NCBI GenBank assembly: GCA_976551045.1
Contig: CDPCPM010000033.1
Span: 27,342,001 to 27,406,000 of the forward strand
Direction of reading: 5' to 3'
Source: Glaucostegus cemiculus
Taxonomy: Eukaryota
DNA length: 64,000 nucleotides
The position numbers and the translations under genes are program-made. The notes below the pieces were generated by a model. It was not told where the DNA came from. It was given only the letters and a program-made list of their open reading frames with translations, and did not search any database. Shown in pieces: positions 12,901 through 27,900 of this stretch; the first letter of the stretch is position 1; each line of letters starts with the position of its first letter.

Positions 12901-15900
12901 TTGACACATGCTTCTACGTTAACCTTCTGCCAATCTCCAAGACTGGTTTTGCACATTTCAATTGTGTAGCCAATTATTTCCATGCCTCCGTCAAAGACAG
13001 GCCGAGTCCATTCCAAACTTACAGATGTCTTTGTTGTATCCGTGACTCTAACAATGGTAGGAGCGCCTGGTGGGTTTACTGGTTCTCTACATTTAATAAG
13101 TCTAGAAATATCACTTGCGGGACCGACCCCAGCATTATTTTCGGCCATAACACGGAATTCATATTCATTCCCTTCTGTGAGGTTAGTCACTTTGAATCGG
13201 TTTTCAGTAATTGGTCTTTTGCTGGAAACTTTGACCCAACGCAGACTCTTCTTCTCACGCCGTTCCAGGATGTAATGCATAATTTCATTCCCTCCATCTG
13301 ATTTTGGTCTTGACCAAGTAAGAGTAATAGTTTCTCCAGAAACATTAGTTGATTCTGGTGTACCAGGTGCATCAGGCACAGCTATGAAACAAAATAAAAT
13401 AGTTAACTAATTAGAACTAGTTTGACAAATAAGGACTGACAAATAAGGACTTCCAAATGTTTGATAAAAAAGTACAGCGTCAATTACAAATTATGAAAAA
13501 ACACGTACTGTATTGTATCTGTGCAATAACTGGCTCTGAATCGATTGGTCTGCCAATGCCAAATTTGTTGACGGCTGAAACTCGGAACTGGTACTCATTT
13601 CCCTTAATTAACTTGGTGACTGTGTACGAACAGGCTTCACAATCATCACTGACCAATGCCCATGTAAGTCGACTTGTCTCACGTTTCTCTATTACATAAT
13701 TGGTAATGACAGCACAGCCATCATTATCTGGTGGAACCCACCACAATGTAAGTTTCTCTCCAGTTATATTGGTAAATCGAATCGGTCCAACTGGTGGTCC
13801 AGGAGTGTCTAAACAAAAGCAGAAATGTTAGTGTTCAGCAAGTGAACAAAAATATTCAACACACTAAAACGTTAAACTGAGAAATTAAACCAGGTACATA
13901 AGTTGTTAATTTCCTCTAATTACCTTGAACTCTGACATGAATATCAGCTCTCTGGATGCCTGAAGCATTCTTGGCTTCCACAGTATATATGCCACGATGA
14001 TCTCGGTTGCTGTCTCTAACAAAGATGGAACTAGACCCAATAACATTGGTGATATCCACCATCAATCTCTTCTCAATTTCCTTTCCATCCTTATACCAAA
14101 TTACCTGAGGTAATGGGCGACCTTTGATATGCACCTTGAGTCGCATACTCTCACCAGATTTTACTGTCACGCCTTCAAAATGTTCAGCGCCAAATTCAAT
14201 CGATGGTGGTACTATGAAAGAAACAGATGAGTGATTGCCAAGTTAAAATTTCAAAAATATTACAACTATATACAATATCAAAAACAAACTAATTAGTTTT
14301 TATATGTACTTACTGCTTTCATCCCTTGTCATAATGTTTCCTGATGACTGAGAAGGTGGACTGACTGTTCCAACAGCATTTCTGGCAATTATACGGAATT
14401 CATAACGATCACCAGGGCTAAGGCCTGACACTGTATATTGGCATTCAGTAATATCCACAAAGTTGCACCTCAGCCAACGACCTGCTCCTTGCCGTTTTTC
14501 AACACTATATGCCACAATTTTACTACCACCATCACGAGGTGGTGGATCCCACTTAAGGGTTATAGTTTCTCTTGTCACATCGATATAATCTGGTGTACCA
14601 GGTGGATCTGATGAAGGAATTTTAAAAGTAGTCAGGTAAGGGAATAACAATCAATAGTCAATATTACCTATTATGCTTTGATACAAGTAGAATTAAACAC
14701 AAAGATGGAAAAATATTACTTACCAACTGGTGAGACAGCCAAGGTGAATCTGCTTGCTTCACTAACTGGGCTCAGTCCAACACTGTTTTCAGAATAAACT
14801 CGGAACTGATAGTCCAGGCCTTCAGTAAGTCCTAAAATTCTGTATTCTCTGCCAGAAATAGGAGTTTTGTTGACTTTTTGCCATAAGATGCTGTTTCTTT
14901 CTTTCTTCTCAACATGATATCCAGTCACTTCTGAACCACCATCATATAATGGTGCATCCCATGAGATTGTCATACCATCACAAGTGACATTGTATACAAC
15001 AGGCTTTCCAGGTGGCCCAGGAAGCCTGAACTGATGTTTTGCTATAATAGCCATTGAATTAAGTGGCTGGCTTACTCCATATCTGTTTTCAGCATAAATT
15101 CTAAATTGATATTCTAGATCTTTAACCAGTTTGGTAACTTTAAAGGTATTTCTGGCCACACTAGAACAAACCACTTTCCAATTCGTTTGCGAAGTTTCAC
15201 GTTTTTCAATGCTGTAGCTAGTAATTTCACTTCCTCCATCATCATCAGGTGCATCCCATGAAATTATGACACTTTCAGATTTGATTTCATCAAATCTAAC
15301 TGGTCCTTTAGGCTTCGATGGAGGACCAAGGGTAATTATGGTAAAGCTGTACGACTTTCTTGAAACTGCATTATCAAGGATCAAGGTGTACTTTCCACCA
15401 TGTTCTTTCTTGACATTCTTTATACTTAATGTGACTTTGTTTTCTGTTTTTGTGTACCGAATTTGTTCACTTTCTTTTAACGGAATATTGTCTTTCTCCC
15501 ATTTGATACTTGGTCGAGGTTTACCCCTATATGGCAGATCAACATGAACATTATGTCCGATTCTTACACTAATTTGTCCTCCTGGTATTTCAGATAAGTC
15601 AGCTTCAGGTGTAATGACATAATCTTTCACAGTGATAGGTGCCGTAATAACACTATCACTTAACCCCTTTTCATTTTTTGCAAAGACTCGGAATTCAATT
15701 ACTGCCAACTCCTTTAATTTAGTAATTTCAAAGGTACAGACTTTGGAAATTCCAGCATGTGACCACCCTTGTTCCTCTTTCAATTTCTTTTCAATTATAT
15801 ATTCTGTAATTATGCTGCCTCCATCATAGTCGGGTTTGTTCCATTGTAACACCACAGAAGATTTTGTCGAGTCTTTCATCACAAGATCCTTGACAGGCCC

Positions 15901-18900
15901 TGGTACTTCAGTGGCTTTCACTGGTTCTGAAGTCTCACATGGCTCACCCAGCCCATTCTCATTCTCTGCTGAAACTCGGAAAAAGAATGAGGTCTTTTCG
16001 GACAGGCTGGTAATCTTGAAAGTCGTGTTGGAGCACTTGGTTGTGACGCTTGACCAGGCTCTTTTTGTTGCATCTCTCTTTTCAATGACATAATTGACAA
16101 TTTCAGCACCACCGTTAATAAGAGGTGGTTCCCAAACTAATGTGACTGTACCTCTGGTCACATGCTTAACATGCAACTTCTGACAAGGTCCCGGAGAATC
16201 AAGGACTTTCACAGTTACAAATGTTGATTTGGGTTCTCCAACACCATTTTCAATTGTCAAAACATACTTCCCAGTATCTTCACGGTTGACCTCAGGAATA
16301 GTGAGAAGCGTAGATGACTCAGTATTATGGATGGTGTATCTTTCATCAGTGTTAATATTTTTCTCATCCTTTCTCCAGGTGACATTTGGATGAGGACGGC
16401 CTTTGAAAGGTATCATAATTTCTACATTTTCTCCTGATTTTGCTGTTATGGAAGTTCTGAGTGCAACATCAAGATCAATCTCAGGCTCCTCTGTAGAATA
16501 TAAATATATAAATATATATCTGAAAACATTCATATATATGTTACATGTAGTCAATGCATTCTATATATCATAGACTTACCCAGTATGTCTTTAGCCTGTA
16601 CAGGTTCTACCATTTCAATTGGTTCCCCTTGACCAGCAACATTAACTGCGCTGACACGGAAGTAATAGTTTACACCGTGTGTTAATTGGGACACGACATA
16701 TTCTGTAGTTCTGACTTCACCCTTAGAAGTAATTACTGTCCATTGCTGTTCTTCAGCTTCCCTCTTTTCAACAACATAGCTTGTTATTGTGCTTCCTCCA
16801 TCATAGACAGGTTTAATCCAGCCAAGAGTGATGGAAGATTTGGTGCTGTCCACAATCTTCAGCTTGGTTGGTTGACCAGGTGGATCTACAAAAAGAGTGA
16901 GGGTATTTGAATGCATTAACTGGTAAAACATTGCTACCTTTTGTTTAATATTTGCAAATTTCACATTAATTTCACATACCAATTGGATCAGCAGCTTTAT
17001 AGAAATCAGAAGAGTCAGAGTACGGACCCTCTCCTGCTGCATTGATAGCGCACACTTGGTACTGATATTCATTGCCCTCTGTAAGCCCAGAGACCTTTTG
17101 CCTGGTATCACGGATAGGTTCCTTGGTAACCTTGAACCATCGCAGACTCTTTCTCTCACGTCTTTCTAAGATATAGCCACGGATTTCACTGCCACCATCA
17201 ATACTTGGTCTCTTCCAGCTAACAGTCATTGTTTGTTTAGTTATCATGGAAGCTTCAGGCATGCCTGGTTGCCCGGGTGTAACTATTGAAAAAATATGTT
17301 TTCAAATTAACTTATATGTAAAAATTAAGAAGAGTATTCATTGGAAAAATAACTTGTTTTGTTTTCTTACCAAATGCATTCTTAGCAATAACAACATCAG
17401 ATTCCAGTGGATCACCAACACCATATTTGTTCACACCCCGAATACGGAAGATATATTCATTGCCTTTAATGATATTCTTCACAGTAACGATACAATGCTC
17501 CATCTTTTCTGAAATGAGGGACCACACAACTCGACTTGTCTCACGTTTTTCAACAATATAATGGCTTACAGGTGCACCGCCATCATCTGCTGGAGCACCC
17601 CAGGTGAGTGTGATCTTCTCAGCTGTAACAGTTGTAAACTGTACAGGACCAAGTGGTGGTCCAGGTTTGTCTGTGAATCAGAAGAAAAGCTGTCATGCAA
17701 CTCCCGAAAAACATACAGTTCCAAAAATAACCTCCAATTTATAAGGGCACAGTAGATCTACATACCTAGAACTTGTAATCTGATTGTTCCTGATGCTGAG
17801 CCTAAGGGATTTTTAAGCCTGACTTCGTAGTTTCCACTGTTGATTCGACTGGCATCCTTAATAATTACTGCTGCAGAGTCAGTTGTGTTTTCAATAAAGA
17901 CTTGTGAACTTGTCTCAAGTTCTTTACCATTTTTATACCATTCAATTGATGGCAAAGGCTTTCCAGAGACACCAACTTTAATCTTTATGGCTGAACCAGC
18001 CTTATATTTGACAATATCCATATACTCCAAAGGCAAGTCAACCTGAGGTGCACCTATGCATCAAAGTTAATAACAGTATTATCATTAAAAACACTAACCA
18101 TAAAACCACAAAAAATAAACCTTGAAATGTAGATATATTGTTGGTGAAAAAACAATTACCAAAGGTATCATGGCATGTTACAGGTCCAACAACTTCAGAT
18201 GGATTACTTATTGAACCAATTGCATTCTTCGCAAACACACGGAACTCATACTGTGCATCTTGAGTCAAGCCTGATACAGTAAATTGAGTCTCAATAACAT
18301 TTGTAAAGCTAGCCTTTGTCCATCTCCCATTTGGCAAATCACGTTTTTCAACAATGTATCCAGTAATCTTGCTGCCACCATCATAAGCTGGTTTTTTCCA
18401 GCTGAGGCTAACAGAGGTCTTTGAAACATCTGTAACACGTACACTTGATGGAGACTCTGAAAAACAAGCATGCAAAAGATTTAATTATCTGATCATATTT
18501 ACAAGTATTGGTGTAGCATAAGCAATAATCCATTTCTACATTGGATTGAAAAGAACCAAAGCACAATTTGAGTGAATACCTACCACAAGCATCAATTGCA
18601 AGAACTTGATCGGAAGGATGGCTGACTTTGCCAATGCCTGCGGCATTTTCTGCATATACACGGAATTCATAGATAAGTCCACTACTGATATTTGTGACCT
18701 TGAAGTGTGTTGTACGGATAACGGTCTTGTTAACTTTCTGCCATAAAATGCTATTCCTGTCCTTCATTTCCAAATGATAACCGATCACATGGTTGCCACC
18801 ATCAGAAACAGGCTCATTCCAACCTACTGTTATACTTTCCCTAGTGACATTAGTAACCCATGGAGTTGATGGAGGACCAGGTGTTGCTGAAAAACACAGG

Positions 18901-21900
18901 GAATGCACAGTTAGCAGTGTAGCAGATAAGGATTAACAATAATAGTTTTGTGCTTTGTTAAGCTGAAAAATCATGCTGAAAGAATAAACAACTTACTATA
19001 TGGCAATTTGACCGTGACACATGTTGAGTCAATATGATCACTGATTCCAAAACGGTTTTCAGCTTTAATGCGGAACTGATATTCCTCTCCAGTAGTCAGC
19101 TTCATGACTTTGATTAAACTTCTTGCTGCAGTAGCAGATACTTCTGACCAAGCAGCTGTGCTGGTTTCTCTTTTCAAAACAATGTAATTTGTTACCTGAC
19201 TGCCACCATCATATGTTGGTGGTTGCCATCTCAGTGTCACACTGTCTTCAGTGACATCACTAATACTCACAGGGCCCACTGGAGGTCCAGGTCTGTCCAG
19301 CACTACGATGTTAATGAAGGACTTTGTTGTTCCACTGGAATTGGCAGCTGTAATATCATATCGGCCAGAGTCACTGGCAACACTTTCTTTCAGATTCACA
19401 ATAATGCTTTCTGAAGTCATTTCAGTGTTAAATCTCATGGATGACTTCACGGAAATACCATCTTTGGACCAAGATATTTTAGGCTGTGGCTTGCCAGAAA
19501 TTGGAATTTCAAATTTTAGGTTAGATCCAGCCCGAACATAAACAGTGTTGCGTGGGAAGTTCTTCATGTCAATTTCGGGTGATTCTGAAAATCATTTGGA
19601 AAAAAAAGTAGTCTTAATTCAATGAATACATCCTAAAGCTCAGAGTGGTACTGAACTTAAAAAAAAGCCTGAAACTTCTTGTTTTCAAGTAACCACATTA
19701 ATTATAACAACTTGCACTACAGAATGATATTTTAATTGAAAAATAATTACCAAGTTGTTCTTTAACTGTTACTGGTAGAACCATTTCCTTTGGATCACTT
19801 AGACCAGCCTGGTTTTCAGCAGAAACTCTGAAGAAATAGTCAACATTTTGTTTCAAACCATGTATAACATGATGTGTGGTCTTCACAACTGCGCATTTAA
19901 CCCACTTTTGCTGGCCTTTTTCAAGAGCTTCTATAATGTAGCTTGTGATCCTACTGCCTCCATCATGTTCTGGCTTTGACCAGGCAAGTGAAACACTGTC
20001 TTTGGTGACATTTGTAACTCCAAGTCGCTCAGGTGAGCTTGGTTTTTCTGGAAAAGAGTATAATACATTATTACTGCTTCAATTGCTAGAAAAAACAATA
20101 AATTAAAATTAGCTACTTAAAACATTTTTTTCACTGAATTTTGGGCATTTCCTCTGGCTTCTCTACATAAATCAAAATACTTTCTTCCTCCATTTTATTT
20201 GCACTTCACATTAACTTGATATCTCTATTAAATGAACTGGTAAAGACTGGGAGTATATCATATTAGGAATAAGAAGAGATATATACCTGACTAAAACATA
20301 TATAATCCTGGGTCTTATAAAAAGAGGCATTGCATAATAGTAAAATCAATGTAGTTATGATGAATCTCTATAAAACACTGGTTTAGCCACAACCACAGCA
20401 TTCAGTACATTGGGAAGGATGTAAATGCTCCAGAGATAATGCAGAAAAGATTTAGTGGAAAGTACATGTGGAATTTCAGTTGATGTAAGTAGACTTGAGA
20501 AGCTGACTTTGTTCTCCTTTGAGCTCCAAAGGCTCAGAGGTGATTTAATGGAAGTATTATTAAGGACTCAGGTAAAGTGCATAAATTAAAAATATTTCAT
20601 GGGTGGAAAAATTAAGGCAATTTGTGAAAGAACCAGGGATGACATCTGGAAAAGCTTTTTCACAATGTGATTAGTCACAATCTGGATTTCACTTTGTACT
20701 GGGCATTAAATAGATGTTTGACAGAGAAATAAATTGCTAGGAAATATAGCTGAATTTGCCCTGGACTGCACGTGCAGAAAGCCAGAGCAGATTCAATGGG
20801 CCTGATATTCACCTTTCATGTTCGAATGAGTCTGATTCTACATTCTGTAGCACAGTGGGGCAGAAAATAGATCCCAATAGGATCTGTATTAATTTAAGGC
20901 ACCCAACCCAACATTTTGGCCAGCTATTTCATAAAGTATCTCTGGCACACAAACCATTATGTCCCTCACAAAAATAAAGAAAGATTCCTAATGCTTAATT
21001 CAGCCCTCTCTGAAAAGCTGTGTGTCATAACAATACAGCAATGACAGACTGGCCCAATTTTATAATTCAGTGGATACTGGGATCCACTGAATACTAAAAA
21101 ATAATTTTTTATTAAAGAAATTGATAAAATATTGTTGCTGTGCTAGGAGCAGGAGAGCTATCCCAACTAACCACTTCATCTCGCACCTTCCAAACTACCA
21201 GGTTGCTCACTCTTCTTTCAGGATTATTTTCAGCATGGTGGCATGCCTGTTATTTTCTTCAAGCAGACAAGCTGCTGTGAAGGCTCAATAAGTACAGACA
21301 GCTCACCAATTAAGATTAATGAGGCCAAATGCATACTTTCAGGTTGCCTTTGCCTCCCAGTTGTGCACATACTGAGGTCATATTGGCACATTCACAGCTG
21401 AAATTGGGCATGCTAATTTTCTACCCCCACTGGTCACTACAATTATTGTACCATGTCATATTTATATTTAAGCAATTTGCTCTTTTTTTGTTGAGCAGAT
21501 GGCTCATTGTAATCTTGCAATGTGAAAGTAACCAGAAAACATTTGAGAGATCACCAAGTTAATCACTTCTACTCCTGAGAAAGCATATTTCTCTATGCCA
21601 CCATGCTGATATAGTGGCTTAACTGAAAAACCTAATGAAGTTATGCAAAGATTCCGTTGTTAATTCTGAAGTGTGGTATGTGGCAATGCACATTGCATTG
21701 TTCAATAACTTAATGAAAATATTTGAGCAACAGTAATAAATGGATAAATTACCTGTTATTTTAACACCTTCCTTGGTCTCAATGGGTACACCAACACCAA
21801 ATTCATTTTCTCCCCGGACACGGAAGTAATAAATTCCACCTTCTTGCAAGTCACTAACTTTGTAAGTAAGACGCTGACAGTTGGTTGTTACAGTGACCCA

Positions 21901-24900
21901 TGCCTTCTTACTAGCTTCATGCTTTTCAATATGATAAGTCTTCACTCGAGCACCACCTTCAATTTCTGGTACATCCCAGTTCAGTGTTACAGATTCCTTA
22001 GTAACTTCTTTTACAGTAATATTGCCAGGAGGTCCAGGTGAATCCAGGACTTTGACAACCAGAGTTAATGTGGCAGTAGCTAAAATATTCTGCAATGTTA
22101 CTGTATATTTTCCACAGTCATACCTTGTTGCTTTTTCAATTGTCAGTGATGTTTTTGAATCAGTGACCTCAATATTTCCTCTTACACGGAGATCTACATC
22201 AGGTTTGCTCCACATTACATTAGGTACTGGCTTTCCTCTAAAAGGTACAGTTAATGTAAAGGAACTTCCAGCCTTGACGATCAATGTTTTACGCATTTCA
22301 TTATCAATTTCAAACGCAGGTTCCTCTTCTCTTTCTTTTGCAATTTGTGGCTCTGATATGTCACTTGGATCACTGACACCAACTTTGTTAATAGATTTTA
22401 CACAGAAATGATATTCCATTCCAGATGTAAGCCCAACTACTGTATACTCAGTGCCTTTCAAATTCTGAACTGCTGTTGTCCATTCAGTTTGTTCAGTCGT
22501 TTTATATTCCACAGTGTATCCAGTCACAGGTGCTCCACCATCAAACAGTGGCTTTGTCCAGCTAATAGTAATGCTTGTCTTTGTTGAATCAATTATTTTT
22601 GGTTTGGATGGAGGAGAAGGTATGAAAACTGGATCTTTCGCACAGATCAACACTGATGGGTCACTTGGAGGACCAATACCGGCAGCATTTTCTGCATACA
22701 CACGGTATTCATATTCAGCACCTTCACGAAGCCCTGTTGCTTTTACTCTAAGATCATACACAGGTTTCTTAGTAACTCGAATCCAGCGTAAGCCTGTCTT
22801 TTCACGCTTCTCAATAATATATCCAGCAATTGGATTTCCACCATCACTCTCAGGTCTTTCCCAGCAAATAGTCATGGTATTCTTTGTGACATTGGTAATT
22901 TCAATTGATTTTGGTGCACTGGGAACAGTGAATGGATCTATAGCTTTCACAGGTTCACTTTCCAAAGCTTCACCAACTCCATACTTGTTCACCCCCATTA
23001 CTCTAAAAACATATTCATTGCCTTTAAGCAATTTAGTTACCTTACAAGATGTTGTTGGTAAGTTATCTATTACGCATGTCCAAGCAATGCGACTTGTTTC
23101 TCGTTTTTCTACAATATAGTGATCAATTTCTGCTCCTCCATTCTCTTGAGGTGGTGCCCATGACAAGGAACACTTTTCAGATGTGCAGCTAGTTATTTCC
23201 AAAGGACCAGCAGGTGGACCTGGTCTATCAAGTACCTTGCAGTTAACAGCAAGGGATCTTGTTCCTGCTACATTCTGCAACGTTACAACATACTGTCCTG
23301 AGTCTCGTCTAATACAGTCCTTAATGATAACTGCAGTGCTGTTGTCAGTTGACTGAATTTCAACTCTAGCTTGTCCTTCAAGTTCTTTACCATCCTTTGT
23401 CCATGATATCACTGGATGAGGTCGACCAGCTATATCTGCATTAAACTTAACAGTTTCACCTGCCTTAATAACAACCTCTCTAAATTTGGCATCCATCATA
23501 ATTCTTGGGGCTTCCATATCATCCTTTACAGTGATAGGACCCGTTGATTCAGATGGTTCACTGAATAGTCCTGCAGCATTCTTTGCGATTATGTGGAACT
23601 CATAGCGCTGATCTTCAGTAAGACCAGTAACATCAAAGTATGTTTCTTGGATGTTGGTAAAGTTACATTTAAGCCAGCGCCCATCAGGCAGCAGCCTGGA
23701 TTCAATAATATAACCAGTAACTTTAGCACCACCATCATATTCTGGCTTGGTCCAAGACAGTGAAACAGAGGTCCTGGTAATATATGTTACTTCGGGCTGA
23801 CCTGGAGGGTCACATGGGTCTCTTGCTGCAACAGCTTCAGAAACTTTACTGGCTCTGCCAATGCCTGCAATATTTTCTGCATAAACACGGTACTCATATG
23901 ACAGACCTTCTTCAAGGCCAGTTACTTTCATTTTGGTATCATTAATTGGACCTCTATTCATCTTTGTCCACAGAATACTGCTCCTTTCTTTGCATTCAAG
24001 GTGATATCCAATAATTTTAGAACCTCCATCAGAAACTGGTTCATTCCATTTGACAATCATATAAGCTTTGGTGGCATGCGCAACAATAGGAGTTGATGGA
24101 GGCCCAGGCAGTTTAAATGGATACTCTGCAACAACAGAAGAAGATTCACAATAGTGGCTTTTGCCATATCTGTTTTCTGCATAAACTCGGAACTGGTATT
24201 CAGATCTTGTTGTAAGTCCTGTGATTTTAATTGATGTTCTTGCTACAGTGGCAGAAACAGTTTCCCATGTTGTTGTAGTGGTGTCTCTCTTTTCAACAAT
24301 GTAATTATTAATTTGGCAACCACCATCATATTCTGGTGCTGTCCAAGATATAACTATGTAATCAGAACTAACTTCATCAATATGAATTGAACTTGGTGGT
24401 CCAGGTTTGTCAAGAACAATAATGTTAATTAAGAAAGATTTTGATCCTATACTATTGGAAACATTTAGTTCATATTTTCCAACATCTTCCTTTAAGGCTT
24501 CTTTGATGGTCAAAAGAGTTGATGTCTTTGTTGTCTGAACATTTATTCGTGTTGTCTGTCTCAAAGGTTCGCCATCCTTCTTCCATGCCACAGTTGGCAA
24601 AGGTCTTCCTCTAAATGGTATATCAATCTTGAGATCATCACCAGCCTTAACACTGAAACTATTGAAAAGAAGCTCAACAGATGGCTCAATTTCAATGTCT
24701 TTTGCAATTACTGGGACTCCCAACTGTCTTGGATCACTTTTTCCTTTCTCATTAACAGCTCGTACAGTAAAGGTGTATTCTTCACCAGCAGTTAGTCCTT
24801 TTACTGTTGTCTCCAGTGCTTTCACTTGGGCACAGGAAATCCATTTTTCACTTCCCTTTGTCTGCATTTCAACAATGTAGGAAGTTATTTTGCTACCTCC

Positions 24901-27900
24901 ATCATGTTCAGGTTTCTCCCAGGTAAGTGTTGCACTATTTCTTGTTACATCTACCAATGTCACTTTGCCTGGCGGCAAGGGCACCTCAGATGCTTTAATA
25001 GGTTCAGCAGTCTCTGCTGGCAAGCCAATTCCATACTCATTAACTGCCATTACACGGAAGAAGTAAATCCCACCTTCTTGTAATGATTCAATTTTGTATG
25101 TGTTTTTTGTACAATTGTTGGTAACAGCAGCAAAAGCCTTTCTAGTAGATTCACGTTTCTCAACAACATAATTTGTTATCTTAGCGCCACCATCAATGAG
25201 AGGTGGTTCCCATGATATAGTTACTGAATCTTTTCTTACTTCTTTGATATGTAGATTCACAGGACTGCTAGGTGAATCAAGTATTCTGACATTCACAAAA
25301 GCAGATTTGCTACCACTGTTATTTTCCAAAGTCAAATTATACTTGCCACTGTGGAATCTGTTAACATTATCCACTACCAACATGGTGTAGGAGCTTGTCA
25401 CTTCAATCTGGGCTCTCTCACTTAGAGCACCTTCAGCTTTTTCCCATTTTACTTCAGGCTCTGGTCTGCCTTTAATGGGAACAAATAACCTCAAAGTACC
25501 ACCAGCTCGTACAGACACCACCTTCCGCAGATTAGCATCCAGCTCAATTTCTGGTGGTTCAAGCTTATCAGCTGCAATTACGGTACCAGAAATATTAGCA
25601 GGTTCCCCTACTCCTTCTGAATTAATGGCACAGATACGGATATTATACTCAGTATTTTCTTTCAAGCCTGTTAATGTGAAATGTGTTGATTGTACACCTG
25701 TTGGAGGCGTACATGTGATCCAGTCTTCAGTATTTGTTTCTTTCATCTCCACAGTATAACCCTTAATTTTAGCTCCACCATCATAAATCGGCTTGCCCCA
25801 TGCAAGAGATACTGTAGATCTTGTTGTGTCCATCACTTTTGGATTGTTTGGTGGGCCAGGAACATAAATTACATCACAGGCTCTGTAGAAAATGGATGGT
25901 TCACTTGGATCACCCACACCAGCAGCATTTTCAGCAGATACACGGAATTCATAGAAGTGACCTTCTGTTAAGCCAGTAGCTCTAAACCTTAAATCACTCA
26001 ATTTCTTTTTATTGCATTTGACCCATCTGACTCCATCTTTGTCTCGTTTCTCTAGTATATAACCTTCAATTTCAGCTCCGCCATCATCCTCAGGACGTCC
26101 CCATGTCACAACCATAGAATCTTTAGTAATGGCTGTAACCTCAGGTGCTGTTGGTGCACTTGGCGTATGGAATGGATTTTTTGCCAAAACTGGTTCAGAT
26201 TCCAACGGCTCACCAATTCCATATTTGTTTACTGCCATTACACGGAATATATACTCATTACCTGGAAGAAGCTTGGTTACTTTGTGACTAATAGCTTGCA
26301 CGTCAGATGCTACTTGTGTCCATGAAAGTCTGGAGGTTTCCCTCTTCTCAATGATGTAGTGAGAAATATTGGCACCACCATCCTGAGAAGGTGGATTCCA
26401 AGCCAAGTAGCACTTTTCCGCAGTGACACCAGAAACCTTCAAAATACCATCGGGAGGACCAGGCCTATCGAGGACCTTAACAGTTATAGGAATAGATTTC
26501 TCTCCACCTACATTACTGAGCTTAAGTATATAATGTCCTCCATCAGTTCGAATACAATCCTTGACAGTAAGACTAGTTTTTTGAATGCTGGATTTAATTT
26601 CCATTCTGGCAACATTTATATCAATATCTTTGCCATCTTTAACCCATGCTACATCAGGGACAGGTTTACCATGGATGTCAGCATCCAGTACAAAGGTTTC
26701 TCCTGCATTAACAACAATTATATCTTTGTACTTAGGGTCCATAGAAGCCCTTGGAGCTTCAATTTCATCTCTTGCTGTAATTGGTCCAGAGCTTTCAGAT
26801 GGTTCACTGAAAATACCAGCTGCATTTCTAGCAATTACTCTAAATTCGTATCTTTCATCTTCAGTTAATCCAGTAACTGTGAATTCAGTTTCAATTATGT
26901 TGGTAAAACTAGCTTTTGTCCAGCGACCATCAGGAAGGTCTTTCTTTTCTACAATATACCCAGTAATTTTGCTACCACCATCGTATTGAGGCTTCTTCCA
27001 TTGTAGAGTAACATAATTTCTTGTGATAACAACTGCATCAGGACAGCTAGGTGGATCACAAGGATCACGTGCTATATAACATTCAGACACCTTGCTAAGT
27101 TTACCAATGCCAACAATATTCTCAGCAGACACTCTGAACTCATATTCAATACCTTCTTCTAGATTATTACATTTATAATGTGTATCTTGAATAATTGTTT
27201 TGTTTAATTTTGCCCAGAGAATACTGTTTCTTTCTTTGCGTTCAAGATGGTAACCTAAAATTTTACTTCCACCATCAATCACTGGTTCATTCCATTGCAC
27301 ATACATAGTGTCCTTTGTGGCAGATGACACAAATGGAGTTCCTGGCGGTCCAGGTTGTTTGTATGGGTATTGTGCAACGACTGCAGTAGAATCTAAAGAC
27401 GAACTCTTTCCATATCTATTCTCAGCAAAGATTCGGAACTGATATTCAGATCCTGTGGTTAGTTTAGTGACTTTAATTGTTGTCCGTGCCACAGTTGCAG
27501 ACACCAGGTCCCATGTGACAGTAGTTGTGTCCCTCTTCTCAACAATGTAATTGTTAATTTGACATCCTCCTGTGTACTCTGGTGGATCCCATGATATTAC
27601 AATGAAATTTGCACTGACTTCATCAAATCTTACAGGACCAGCTGGTGGGCCTGGTTTATCAAGCACAATGATGCTAATTTCTTCTGTTACTGTTCCAGCA
27701 GCATTTGTAGCAGTTACTGAATACTTCCCATAGTCATCTCTGTGACTTTCTTTTATAAGAAGGTTTGTAGCTGTCGCTGCATCCTCCACATTAACTCTTG
27801 TTGTTTGTTTCAGTGTCTGCCCATCTTTCGTCCATACAATCTTAGGTTTAGGACGGCCAATAAATGGAACTTCAACCTTTAGACTTTCCCCAGCTTGGAC

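Noticed and set aside
16551-17159. 202-aa ORF spanning two exons, and similar chimeric ORFs such as 53431..53931 and 8844..9302
   Set aside because: Chance open frames that join an exon to intron or out-of-frame neighbouring exon sequence; the spliced model explains them.
21619-21752. Giant ORF reads 44 codons past the donor to a stop, suggesting an alternative terminal exon
   Set aside because: A canonical GTAATT donor sits exactly at the domain boundary, the extension is non-domain AT-rich sequence, and I saw no poly(A) signal close to the stop. Similar short read-throughs occur at most exons.
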